A stretch of 64,000 nt of DNA from Flavobacteriales bacterium (GTDB taxonomy: Bacteria > Bacteroidota > Bacteroidia > Flavobacteriales_F > PHOS-HE28). Below are positions 1 through 9,293 of the stretch, piece by piece. Location of the stretch: assembly GCA_016710965.1 (NCBI GenBank), contig JADJTW010000002.1, positions 283,299-347,298 of the forward strand, read 5' to 3'. The notes below the pieces were generated by a model. The model saw only the letters and a list, made by a program, of their open reading frames with translations, was not told where the DNA came from and searched no databases. The number at the start of each line of letters is the position of its first letter. Position 1 is the stretch's first letter. Made by a program: the position numbers and the translations under genes.

Positions 1-411
1 GTGCTGCACCGGAACCACATGGGCATACTCGAAGCGTGGGGCGAACTCCTGAATGGATCCTACTACGAGGATGAAACACGAGACTTCACCTCCGCTGCAT
101 TCAGCATCGAGGGGGCGGCACCACGCACGCAAGCCGGTTCGCTCATGCTCTTGCGAGCTGGCGACACCTCCTTCAACGATGAGGTGATCTATGTGGGCTC
201 ATCGAACGATCGCGACCCGATACTCTCGTACATCGGCGGGAATGTGCCAACCAATGTCGTGGAGGGCGTCTACAGCACCTTCGACACGAACCTGGATGGG
301 ATAGTGAAGTACACGGGGCAGGGGAATGATCGGGATTTCATCCTGCAGACGATCGGCGGAACAGTGCCTACGGCCATCAGGCCGCATGTGTACCGGTTCC
401 CTACCTATTAG
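1..411 (+). CDS. C-terminal fragment (5' partial) of a secreted protein ending in dockerin-like calcium-binding repeats ('GxGNDRDPIL..IGG', 'D.NLDG.VKY'); paralogous to the C-terminus of the 45380..48070 protein
   Basis: The ORF runs open to the window start. The ~35-aa motif 'VGSSNDRDPILSYIGG...DTNLDGIVKYTGQGNDRDFILQTIGG' parallels '...VGAGNDRDPILVRIGG...DVNLDGEVKYIGAGNDRDPILVNIGG' at 47850..48070. Confidence 0.5.
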   Translation: MLHRNHMGILEAWGELLNGSYYEDETRDFTSAAFSIEGAAPRTQAGSLMLLRAGDTSFNDEVIYVGSSNDRDPILSYIGGNVPTNVVEGVYSTFDTNLDGIVKYTGQGNDRDFILQTIGGTVPTAIRPHVYRFPTY

Positions 412-462
412 AACCGACCAGCGAATCGGAACCAAAGGTCCTCGCCACCGTAAATAGGGGCG

Positions 463-2013
463 ATGCGCCCCCTTCACATCACGATGATCGCTGTGCTAGC
501 ACCTGCGGCGATGCTCTGCGCCCAGGGTGTTGCAACCTCGGTCGGCTTCGGCAACAACGGATTGGTCGTGCTCAATAGCACAACAACGCCGCCAGACGTC
601 AATATCTACGATACCGATGCCATGCCCGATGGAGGCTTCCTCTTTTCAGGCCAGTTCATCCAGAACGGCCAAAGCCGATTCCTGGCCTGCCGTTACGATG
701 CCAACGGCCAGCCATGCACGAACTATGGAACCAACGGGCGATTCATGAGCCCGGAATCCCTTGGTTCGTTGAATGGCCGCCTGGCCGCATTGGCCCCCGA
801 TGGAAGCGTTGCTATGGTCGGCGCCTTCAACTATAACGGGATCAACGAGCTCACGTTCATGCGCATCCTTCCCGATGGCCAGTTGGATGAGTTGTTCGGC
901 GACCAAGGGTTGACGAGGATCTCATGCAACATGTTCATCCTGCCGGGCGATATGCAGATCGCTTCCGACAATTCCATCTACCTGTCCGGTAGAGTAGGGA
1001 CCACAGCGTTCGCCATGCATATCCTGGCCGATGGATCACTGGATACGGACTTCGGTGACGAAGGGCTGGCGTTGATCATAAGCCCTGCGGGGCATGGCTT
1101 GACCGGAAGCAACTTGAGGATCTCACCCAACGGGTACCTGGTCATCGCCAGTCCGTACTACGAGGATTACGTAGAGGCGGGCTACGTAGCAGCGCTTGAC
1201 CTGAGCGGTGCGCCCGTGCCCTGGTTCGGCAATAATGGATACCTCACCCTCGATCTTTACCCGACCGGCAGTGAAGTGTGGAATGAATTGGCCTTTATGG
1301 ACGATGGGGACTTGCTCTTGACAGGCAGCCTGTCCGGCACTGGTTTGACCACTCGCATCCTCGTGCTGTCCTTGCTTGCTGATGGCAGCCCCGATCCGTC
1401 CTTCGGCACGAATGGCCTTGCCGAAGTACTGCCCCCAACCAATGTGCGGCGCAGCATTCCCTCGATCTACAAGCTCGCAAACGGGCAGATACTGCTCACC
1501 GGCCTGCAGAACACCAACGGCAATTACCCCAGAGTGTATCTCACACGGCTCACCAGCACAGGGACCATCGATGCGGCCTTCGGTACCGATGGCACGTTCG
1601 TGAGCGCTCCGCCGCAGTACTCGATCATTACGCAGAACATGGGCGCTCGACTGGCCGATGGTCGTTTCATCGTGGCCGGTTACGGCAGTCATGCGAACGA
1701 CATTGGATACGGCGCCATGGCGTACGAGGTGGAGGAGATCACCACCGCATTGCCTGGTGCAACGCTGGAGGTGCTAGGACCGCGCGTATTCCCCAATCCC
1801 ACGAGCGGCGCGATCACCATGGCCGACTGGGGATTGCCTGCTGGCTCGCGGATCGAACTGCGCGCCACTGACGGCAGCTTGAAGCAGATGTGGACCACCA
1901 CGAATGCCGCATCAACGCAGGTGACCATCGACGGCCATTTGGCCAACGGCGCCTATTCCATCAGCGCTGAAGGGGCCCATGCTCCGAGGGCGACGGTCGT
2001 TCTGGCGCGCTGA
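463..2013 (+). CDS. delta-60 repeat protein with T9SS type A C-terminal sorting domain
   Basis: Signal peptide MRPLHITMIAVLAPAAMLCAQG. Recurring FGxxG/FGTDG/FGTNG delta-60-like motifs. C-terminal 'VFPNPTSGAITMADWGLPAGSRIELRATDGSL' Por_Secre_tail pattern. Confidence 0.75.
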   Translation: MRPLHITMIAVLAPAAMLCAQGVATSVGFGNNGLVVLNSTTTPPDVNIYDTDAMPDGGFLFSGQFIQNGQSRFLACRYDANGQPCTNYGTNGRFMSPESLGSLNGRLAALAPDGSVAMVGAFNYNGINELTFMRILPDGQLDELFGDQGLTRISCNMFILPGDMQIASDNSIYLSGRVGTTAFAMHILADGSLDTDFGDEGLALIISPAGHGLTGSNLRISPNGYLVIASPYYEDYVEAGYVAALDLSGAPVPWFGNNGYLTLDLYPTGSEVWNELAFMDDGDLLLTGSLSGTGLTTRILVLSLLADGSPDPSFGTNGLAEVLPPTNVRRSIPSIYKLANGQILLTGLQNTNGNYPRVYLTRLTSTGTIDAAFGTDGTFVSAPPQYSIITQNMGARLADGRFIVAGYGSHANDIGYGAMAYEVEEITTALPGATLEVLGPRVFPNPTSGAITMADWGLPAGSRIELRATDGSLKQMWTTTNAASTQVTIDGHLANGAYSISAEGAHAPRATVVLAR

Positions 2014-2274
2014 TCATCGCCTTTCTTCGGGAGCGGCTTTCGGATCCATCATTGGCGGCTCCTTCGCGTGCTCGCTGATGAACCATGCGAGCAGTACGAT
2101 CAACAGCAGTACGATGAACGACTTGGGATCCTTGTACAGTGGCTTGCGGTGCAACGCCGAGCGTGCGCGCTGGTAGTTGTACAGCAGCTTTCCCTGATCG
2201 CGATAGCGCAGCAATTCAGCATCGGAGGGCTCCTTGCCACGACCTTCGGGCGTTATGCGGTATTGGTGTTTCAT
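2014..2274 (-). CDS. small single-pass membrane protein, putative anti-sigma factor partner of the upstream ECF sigma
   Basis: 4-bp ATGA start/stop overlap with the sigma-factor gene; one hydrophobic helix (FIVLLLIVLLAWFI); 86 aa. Confidence 0.5.
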   Translation of the reverse strand: MKHQYRITPEGRGKEPSDAELLRYRDQGKLLYNYQRARSALHRKPLYKDPKSFIVLLLIVLLAWFISEHAKEPPMMDPKAAPEERR

Positions 2275-2861
2275 GCCCTTGGTGCAAGGTAGGTGCGCAA
2301 CGTGGCGAGCACTCTGTGGGTGCGCATCTTGGCAGCGTCCTCGCTGGTGCCGAGCAACTGGCCCATTTCCGCGAAGCTCATCCCGTCCATGTAGCGCAAG
2401 TGGATCAGCTGCGCACGTTCTTCATCCAGCTTCGCCATGGCGCTGGCCAGGCGTCGCATCTCATCATCTTCCATGGGCAGTCCTATCTCCTCGCTGAGGC
2501 CGGCCACCTGCCGATAGCTAAGATCGATGAGCACTTCCTTGCGCTTGCGCCAGTGCATGCGCAATTCGTTCAGCGCGATACGGTAGAGCCAGGCCCTGAA
2601 GGGCAGTCCGCGATGCTGGTATTTGGGCAGCGCCAGCATGGCCTTCACGAACGTGTCTTGCGCGAGATCATTCACTGTCGGACGGTCGGGGCAGCGGCGC
2701 AAGAGGAAGCGGAAGACATCGGCGAAATAGCGCTCGTACAATACGGTGAAGCGCCGCGGGTCGGCTACAGCTGCCTGGATTTCAGCCCCTTCCTGTTCCG
2801 TTGTGTCCGCCACTATGCTAAGGAATGACCTCGAAGCCAATTGGTAACGCGCATCGCACAT
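2271..2861 (-). CDS. RNA polymerase ECF-type sigma-70 factor (true start probably the GTG near 2810)
   Basis: Region 2 and region 4 motifs: 'FTVLYERYFADVFRFLLRRC', 'RAWLYRIALNELRMHWRKRK', 'LRYMDGMSFAEMGQLLGTSEDAAKMRTHRVL'. Confidence 0.85.
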   Translation of the reverse strand: MCDARYQLASRSFLSIVADTTEQEGAEIQAAVADPRRFTVLYERYFADVFRFLLRRCPDRPTVNDLAQDTFVKAMLALPKYQHRGLPFRAWLYRIALNELRMHWRKRKEVLIDLSYRQVAGLSEEIGLPMEDDEMRRLASAMAKLDEERAQLIHLRYMDGMSFAEMGQLLGTSEDAAKMRTHRVLATLRTYLAPRA

Positions 2862-2983
2862 GAAATACGATGATCATCCGATGATCCATCGATCCCAGAG
2901 GTCGATCGGTCGGTAACCAACGATGGTTGGCCGCCTAACCTTCCACAACCGTCGCCGTATCAAGCCCGCTCATTCTCTGGACT

Positions 2984-5410
2984 TTGATACCATCCAACCT
3001 TCAATCGGTGCAAATCCGGCGTTCGGCACGCTGGTTCTTGCTGTGCTTGCTGGTGCTGGCCTCATGCCACTGCCAGGTGTTCGCACAGGGCCATAGCTGG
3101 TCCTGGTCGTACGGCATTTCATCCAATTCCCCGGAACGGTTCCGTGAAGTGGCCGTGGACCGCAGCTCCGGCGATGTGTACGCCATCGGCGATGCGGACA
3201 ACAGTGGGGCGGTGATCACCGCGATGAACTTGGTGAACAGCAACCAGGCGATCCTGATGAAGCACAACGATCAGGGCGTGCTGCTATGGATGGCGCCCGT
3301 CGGGGGCAACGATGTAGAGACCGGCGAAGGCGTGGTGGTGGGGGATGACGGCACCGTTTATATCACGGGCACGTTTCGAAGCACTTGCCAGTTCTACAAC
3401 GCCGGTGGATCCGCTTCGGTGGGTTCGCTCGTCTCGGCCGGCAACAACGACATCTATGTGGCGGCCTACAGCACGAACGGAATATTCCAGTGGGCGCGCA
3501 GAATCGGCAACGGGAATGACGAGTTGTATCCGCATGTCGCCGTGGACGCCGCCGGCCTTTGGGTCTTCGCGAGCTTCCGTGGGAACCTCACCGTAGGCCC
3601 GTACGCCAGTTCGGCGTCGTTGTCATCGGGTACGTACGACTTGTGCCTGGTGCGCTATGACCTTTCAGGCAACGTCTCCAACATGATCACCGGTGGCAGC
3701 GTGCTGGACGACATCAGCGCGAACCTTGCTGGCGACGGAACTCGCATCTACGCTGCCTTGGTGAGCGGACAATCCCTTTTCCGCTGGTATACCAACACGG
3801 GCGCGCTGCAAGGGAATTCCACCAGTGGCAGTCAGAACGACCACCATTTCGCCGCCTTCGATCAGAACGGAACGCTGCAATGGACGCGTTACATCAGCGA
3901 CCCCAGCAATTCCATCGTCGGCTACCCGAACATCACCGTCGGTTGTGAAGGCGTGTACGTGGCCGGTGCTCTTAGCCCTGGAAGTGCATTCCAAGGAGGA
4001 GCCGCATCAGCGGGCTCGGTAGGCACGAATACGTTTTACGCAGGCCAGTTGCGTGCCAGTACCGGCGTAGTGCTTTGGAGCCAATGGGGCACCACCAGCA
4101 CGGCCAACGGCACCTTCGCTGCGCGCGACATAACGGTAGGCCGTGATGGGCTCGTGCATATCGTGGGCACATACGGCGGATCCATCTCCTTCAGCACGCA
4201 ATCCGCCGTTTCCACCGATTCCGAGGATCTCTTCCTGATGACGCTGCGGCCCACGGGCCAATTGCGCGCGTGGGATGCCATCAATGGACCCGATGCGCAA
4301 TACGCATCAGGTGTTGCAGCCGATGGCTTCGGTGGCGTGGTCATCTGCGGCAGCTTCCGCACCGGCCTGGCAGTGCCCTCCTTCCCGCTCGCGGGTCCGA
4401 ACAATGAGAACGCCTTCCTGTCCTATGCGCTGCTCGGTGGCCGCGCACCCGAGATCCGCGACGGATCCCGGTTCAACGCACCTGCAGCGGTATGCGACAA
4501 CTCGGGGCCCATCGACCTTGCTACCTGGATGGTCCCGCTCACCAGCGGCAACGCTGCGGCTCTTGTTTCATCCGTGGCTGTGGCCAACCCCGCGAATGCA
4601 CTGGGCCCAAGGGACAACAACAAAGCCGTGCTCAACGGTGGCACTGGCACGATGGTGCTGGATATGGCGAACACGGTCCCTGCGAACGAGGTGATCGTGA
4701 TGCGTTGGAACATGGGCAGCATGGCCAGCGCCACACCTACCCTATCGGCGTTCACATCTTCCGACAACGCCACATGGGTGCCTGTTGGAAGCGTGTACAG
4801 CACGACCAGCACATCGGGCATCTACTCGGTCATCGCGCTCGCGAACCCCGCTCGGTACCTCCGGATACAAGCCACCACGGCTGGCGGCACAGCCGAGATC
4901 GACGCCTTCTACTACTCTTTCGGTACCGTGAGCGGGGGCACCTGGACCGGCACCGGTGTCAGCGGGAGCACCTTCAACCCGAGCGGGCTAAGCGGCAGCG
5001 TGAACATCACGTACACCGTAGGCACCTCACCATGCGAAGACATCACCACCAAGGCGGTGATCGTGAGTGCTCCGCCGCAGCCGGGTTCCATCGCCGTGGT
5101 GCCTGCGGGCATGCAGTGCCCTGGCAATAATTCCGGCACGGTCACACTAACCGGTTACGTCGGCAATATCGGGCTGGGAAAGTCTCCACCGACGGCACGT
5201 GCTCGAACTCCCTCCCAACGTCTCCTCGCCAGACCCTTGTTGCGTACCACGGCGCAACACCGCCGTGAGCCTCCTGACACCTGCAGGTGCGGTCACTGGA
5301 GGAAGCATCAGTGCATCGGCCCTGGCGGATCGTCTCATCGGGTTGCGCTCGGCGGTAGCCTCGTCCATGGAGGAAGCCGATCACGCGTGGCACTAGCCTT
5401 CAGCGTATGA
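2984..5410 (+). CDS. adhesin segment 1: signal peptide plus propeller-like N-terminal region (in frame only to ~5185, then garbage)
   Basis: Signal peptide 'RRSARWFLLCLLVLASCHCQVFAQG'. Repeated 'DGTVYITGTF/ GLVHIVGTYGG' propeller-like blades. A coherent frame is lost in the 5170..5400 junction. Confidence 0.6.
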   Translation: MIPSNLQSVQIRRSARWFLLCLLVLASCHCQVFAQGHSWSWSYGISSNSPERFREVAVDRSSGDVYAIGDADNSGAVITAMNLVNSNQAILMKHNDQGVLLWMAPVGGNDVETGEGVVVGDDGTVYITGTFRSTCQFYNAGGSASVGSLVSAGNNDIYVAAYSTNGIFQWARRIGNGNDELYPHVAVDAAGLWVFASFRGNLTVGPYASSASLSSGTYDLCLVRYDLSGNVSNMITGGSVLDDISANLAGDGTRIYAALVSGQSLFRWYTNTGALQGNSTSGSQNDHHFAAFDQNGTLQWTRYISDPSNSIVGYPNITVGCEGVYVAGALSPGSAFQGGAASAGSVGTNTFYAGQLRASTGVVLWSQWGTTSTANGTFAARDITVGRDGLVHIVGTYGGSISFSTQSAVSTDSEDLFLMTLRPTGQLRAWDAINGPDAQYASGVAADGFGGVVICGSFRTGLAVPSFPLAGPNNENAFLSYALLGGRAPEIRDGSRFNAPAAVCDNSGPIDLATWMVPLTSGNAAALVSSVAVANPANALGPRDNNKAVLNGGTGTMVLDMANTVPANEVIVMRWNMGSMASATPTLSAFTSSDNATWVPVGSVYSTTSTSGIYSVIALANPARYLRIQATTAGGTAEIDAFYYSFGTVSGGTWTGTGVSGSTFNPSGLSGSVNITYTVGTSPCEDITTKAVIVSAPPQPGSIAVVPAGMQCPGNNSGTVTLTGYVGNIGLGKSPPTARARTPSQRLLARPLLRTTAQHRREPPDTCRCGHWRKHQCIGPGGSSHRVALGGSLVHGGSRSRVALAFSV

Positions 5411-8400
5411 CACCACTCCACCCGCCAAGGAACTGGGGTGGCACCATCGCCCCCGGTTCGTCAGCGCCCTGAACATCAGCGTGAACGCAGCCTCCAACGC
5501 ATGCAGCGCTACGGTTACCTGGAGCCCGCCGACGATGAGCGACAATTGCGTCGGCGGCAGCATGGCACAGACCGGCGGCCAGGCGCCCGGCAGCGCATTC
5601 GCCGTAGGCACGCACACGATCTCTTACACCGCGCTTGATGCGGCGAACAACGCGGCCACGTGCAGTTTCAGCATCACGGTGTCCGATGCGACGGCACCCG
5701 TGATCAGCTGCCCGTCCGATATCGCTGTGAACGCTGCTGCCGTTGGCTGCAGTGCCGTTGTCAACTACAACGTGCCGACATTCTCCGACAATTGCGCAGG
5801 AGCCACCATGGTGCGCATCTCCGGCCCTGCGAGCGGTTCGTCGTTCCCGGTCGGAACAACGCTGGTGAGCCACCGAGTGACAGCGGCCAACGGCATGGAG
5901 GCCGAGTGTACATTCTGGGTGACCGTCTTCGATGCTGAAGCGCCCGTTCTGGCCGGATGCGCCGACGTTGCAGCAAATAGTGCCGCAGGCCTTTGCACTG
6001 CCGTGGTGAATTATCCAACACCAACGTCGTCGGACAACTGCGCCAATTGCTCGCCCGCTGCGCCCGTCGGCGCAACGTTCATCGGCACCTACGACGGCCG
6101 TAGCTTCTACCTGAGCGCCAATGCCCTGCCATGGGGTCCTGCCAATTCCGCCGCTATTGCAGACGGCGGCCACCTGGTAGTGGTGGAGAATGCAGCAATG
6201 AACGCCTGGCTGCGCAATGCGGTGACCACGTCGGCAGGATCGCCGATCCCCTATTGGATCGGCTTGAACGACGCAGGTACAGAAGGCAATTACCGATGGA
6301 CGAATGCCATCAGTGCCACTTACCTCAACTGGGGAGCCCCGGCTCCGAACAATGGAGGCCCTACAGGCAATGAGGACTACGTGGAAGTGGGCGGCACCGG
6401 AAGCTGGAATGACCTGGCCAATACCGCCACGCTCCGGTACGTGATCGAGGTAGAATCGCCCTGCATCACACCGGTGCTGGTGACAGGGCAATTGAGCGGC
6501 ACTTCGTTCCCTGTGGGAACCACACCGGTGAAGTACATGAGCACCGATGCCGCTGGTAATAGCAGTACGTGCTCCTTCGATGTCGTGGTGAGCGACGCGC
6601 AGGATCCAATTGTCACCTGCCCAGGTTCCATCCCGCCATCAACACCACGAGCGCATGCCTGGCCTCCATGCCATTGGCTCTCCTTGGTCACGACCACGGA
6701 CAACTGCGGAATCGCCCCGGGCTCGCTCGTACAGAACCCAGCTCCCGGCGCGAGCGTGGGTGGAACCTTCACCGTCACCTTCACTGTCACCGATGTGAAC
6801 GGACGTACCGGCAATTGCTCAATCATCGCTTCAGTAACCGACAACGTTCCACCCGCCTTCCTCACCTGCCCTTCGAACAAGGTGCGGAACGATAGCGATG
6901 GCGACTGCGCTGAGAACGTCTCATGGGCAACACCCACCACCAGCGATAACTGCAGCGCGGTGTCCCTGGTGCGAACCGGTCCCGCCAGCAACTCAGCGTT
7001 CCCCATCGGCACAACCACGATCACGTATACGGCTACTGATGCTTCGGGCAACAGCAGCATCTGCTCCTTCACGGTCACTGTGAACGACAATGCGGCGCCG
7101 AGCGTGAGCTGCCCCCTCTATGACTACTACCCCATCTACCTGAACGGCTCCTGCAACCTGCCCTTCCCCGATATGCGCGATTCGATCAGCGTAAGCGATT
7201 GCAGCGCATGGACGAACGTCATGGATCCGCCAGCCGGATATGTGTTCACGCGTGACACTACTTTCTTCATGACCATGGACATCGATGACGTCCACGGCCA
7301 TCATGTCGACAACGACCACTGGATCCACATCGTGGACGATACGCCGCCCGCCTTCACACCCCAGCCGGACGTCATCCTCGCAATGGATGGAACAGGGAAT
7401 ATCACCATCCCCGATCTCCTTCCCAACTACGCCGGAGCCACGGATTGCACCACGCCCATCACCAAGTCGCAGGACGTCGCACCTGGAACTCAAGCAAGCG
7501 TGCCCACGCTCGTGAAGATCTTCCTGGTCGATGCCGTGAACAACAGCTCGATCGATAGCGTGATGGTGATCCCCTTCGACAACATGCCACCGGTGCTCAC
7601 CTGCCCTGCGGATATTACCATAAGCGCATCACCTGGAGCCTGCAACGCCGCAGTGAGCTTCACAGCGACCGCAACCGACAACACTGGCGCAGCCCCTGCG
7701 GTCACTTACTCACCTTCCTCCGGAAGTGCCTTCGGCCTCGGCACAACCACGGTCACGGTCACGGCGCAGGATGCTGCGCTGAATCAATCAACATGCACGT
7801 TCACGGTCACGGTGAGTCCGGCAGTAGTCGATATCGCGTATCCGGTGGCGACCGTCTGCAATAGCTCTGCATCGATCCTTCCGAGCACCGTGATCCCTGC
7901 GATCAGTGGTGGAGGCGTATTCTCCGACGCCAGCCAGAGCAGCCCATCGACGATCGATCCCGTGACGGGAGAATTCAACCCGGCCGTTGCGGCGCCGGGC
8001 TTGCACACCATCCAATACGTCTTCACCGGAGCATGCACGAGCCAGGATGTGTTCACGATCGATGTGGTCGACGCTCCCAATGCAGGAAGCAATGGATCGC
8101 TCGCAACATGCTCGAACGGCCCCGTGCAAAGCCTCTTCGCTCAGCTCGGTGGTTCACCATCAGCAGTTGGAACCTGGAGCGGTCCCAGTACGGTGACTGC
8201 GGGGAACCACGACCCCGCCACCATGGATCCAGGAGTGTACATCTATACCGTCGCTGGATCGGCCCCCTGTCCGGACGCGACCGCCACAGTCACCGTCTCT
8301 GAAGTCGCCGCGCCGAGCGCAGGTACGAATGGGACCTTGACGGTGTGCAGCAACAGCTCCAACCAAAGCCTGTTAGCCTTCCTCGGAGGCTTCCCGGCAA

Positions 8401-9293
8401 GCGGCGGTACATGGTCCGGTCCAAGCCCTGTGATAGCGAACACGTATGCACCAGCAACGATGGATCCTGGCGTGTACACCTACACGGTAGCTGGGAACGC
8501 TCCTTGCGCAAGCGCGATCGCGACGGTCACGGTGACCGAGAACGCCGCGATCACTTACTACGCAGATCAGGACAGTGATGGCTTCGGAGATCCTGCAACG
8601 AGCGTGTTCGTTTGCGCGGCGCCGATGGGTTACGTCCTCAACAACACCGACCTGTGCCCATTCGATGTGAACAAGGTATTGCCCGGGCAGTGCGGTTGCG
8701 GTAACGCTGATACTGACAATGATGATGACGGCACCGCGAACTGCCTGGACGATTGCCCGAATGATCCCAACAAGGTCACACCGGGGATATGCGGTTGTGG
8801 CGTGAGCGAACTTGATAGCGACGGAGATGGCATGGCGGATTGCATCGACAACTGTCCGACGCTCTTCGGGCAGATCGGTTCACCATGCGATGATGGCTTG
8901 GCCACCACGGGCAACGATGTGATCGATGCGAGCTGCACCTGCGTGGGACAACTCATCGATTGTACCGGTGTGCCCGGTGGATCCAACCTCATCGGCACCG
9001 CGTGCGATGACGGCAACGCCGCCACCGGCAACGACACCTGGGATGCGAGCTGCACCTGCGTGGGACAACTGATCGATTGCGAGGGAACCGCTGGCGGTAC
9101 TGCGTTGATCGGACCCTGCGATGACCAACGCCGCGACCGGCAACGACACCGGGATGCGACTGCCGGTGCCGTGGATCCTCATCGGCACCGCGCGATGACG
9201 GCAACGCTTCAGGGCAACGACACCTGGGATGCGACTGCACCTGCGTGGGACAACTCATCGATTGTACGGGAACCGCTGGTGGTACTGCGTTGA
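5397..9293 (+). CDS. adhesin segment 2: tandem HYR domains, embedded C-type lectin domain, thrombospondin type-3 Ca repeats, start of Cys-rich repeat array (frame lost ~9110)
   Basis: HYR signatures 'C.A.V.W..P..SDNC...' recur many times. The C-type lectin domain is 'YWIGLNDAGTEGNYRWTN...NWGAPAPNNGG..EDYVEVGGTGSWNDLAN' (6180..6450). TSP3-like 'DQDSDGFGDP', 'DTDNDDDGTANCLDDCPNDPNK', 'DSDGDGMADCIDNCP'. The frame is open from 5397; the track start at 5481 is a GTG inside a domain. Confidence 0.65.
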   Translation, partial: PSAYDTTPPAKELGWHHRPRFVSALNISVNAASNACSATVTWSPPTMSDNCVGGSMAQTGGQAPGSAFAVGTHTISYTALDAANNAATCSFSITVSDATAPVISCPSDIAVNAAAVGCSAVVNYNVPTFSDNCAGATMVRISGPASGSSFPVGTTLVSHRVTAANGMEAECTFWVTVFDAEAPVLAGCADVAANSAAGLCTAVVNYPTPTSSDNCANCSPAAPVGATFIGTYDGRSFYLSANALPWGPANSAAIADGGHLVVVENAAMNAWLRNAVTTSAGSPIPYWIGLNDAGTEGNYRWTNAISATYLNWGAPAPNNGGPTGNEDYVEVGGTGSWNDLANTATLRYVIEVESPCITPVLVTGQLSGTSFPVGTTPVKYMSTDAAGNSSTCSFDVVVSDAQDPIVTCPGSIPPSTPRAHAWPPCHWLSLVTTTDNCGIAPGSLVQNPAPGASVGGTFTVTFTVTDVNGRTGNCSIIASVTDNVPPAFLTCPSNKVRNDSDGDCAENVSWATPTTSDNCSAVSLVRTGPASNSAFPIGTTTITYTATDASGNSSICSFTVTVNDNAAPSVSCPLYDYYPIYLNGSCNLPFPDMRDSISVSDCSAWTNVMDPPAGYVFTRDTTFFMTMDIDDVHGHHVDNDHWIHIVDDTPPAFTPQPDVILAMDGTGNITIPDLLPNYAGATDCTTPITKSQDVAPGTQASVPTLVKIFLVDAVNNSSIDSVMVIPFDNMPPVLTCPADITISASPGACNAAVSFTATATDNTGAAPAVTYSPSSGSAFGLGTTTVTVTAQDAALNQSTCTFTVTVSPAVVDIAYPVATVCNSSASILPSTVIPAISGGGVFSDASQSSPSTIDPVTGEFNPAVAAPGLHTIQYVFTGACTSQDVFTIDVVDAPNAGSNGSLATCSNGPVQSLFAQLGGSPSAVGTWSGPSTVTAGNHDPATMDPGVYIYTVAGSAPCPDATATVTVSEVAAPSAGTNGTLTVCSNSSNQSLLAFLGGFPASGGTWSGPSPVIANTYAPATMDPGVYTYTVAGNAPCASAIATVTVTENAAITYYADQDSDGFGDPATSVFVCAAPMGYVLNNTDLCPFDVNKVLPGQCGCGNADTDNDDDGTANCLDDCPNDPNKVTPGICGCGVSELDSDGDGMADCIDNCPTLFGQIGSPCDDGLATTGNDVIDASCTCVGQLIDCTGVPGGSNLIGTACDDGNAATGNDTWDASCTCVGQLIDCEGTAGGTALIGPCDDQRRDRQRHRDATAGAVDPHRHRAMTATLQGNDTWDATAPAWDNSSIVREPLVVLR

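Noticed and set aside
5481-5483. GTG at 5481 as the true start of the HYR-domain protein
   Set aside because: The frame is open from 5397 and the encoded sequence begins mid-HYR domain without a signal peptide. It is the continuation of the upstream adhesin rather than an independent gene.
5400-7493. Minus-strand ORFs 5400..6491, 6377..7090, 6993..7493
   Set aside because: Antisense to the HYR-domain coding region, with Cys/Arg/His-rich nonsense composition.
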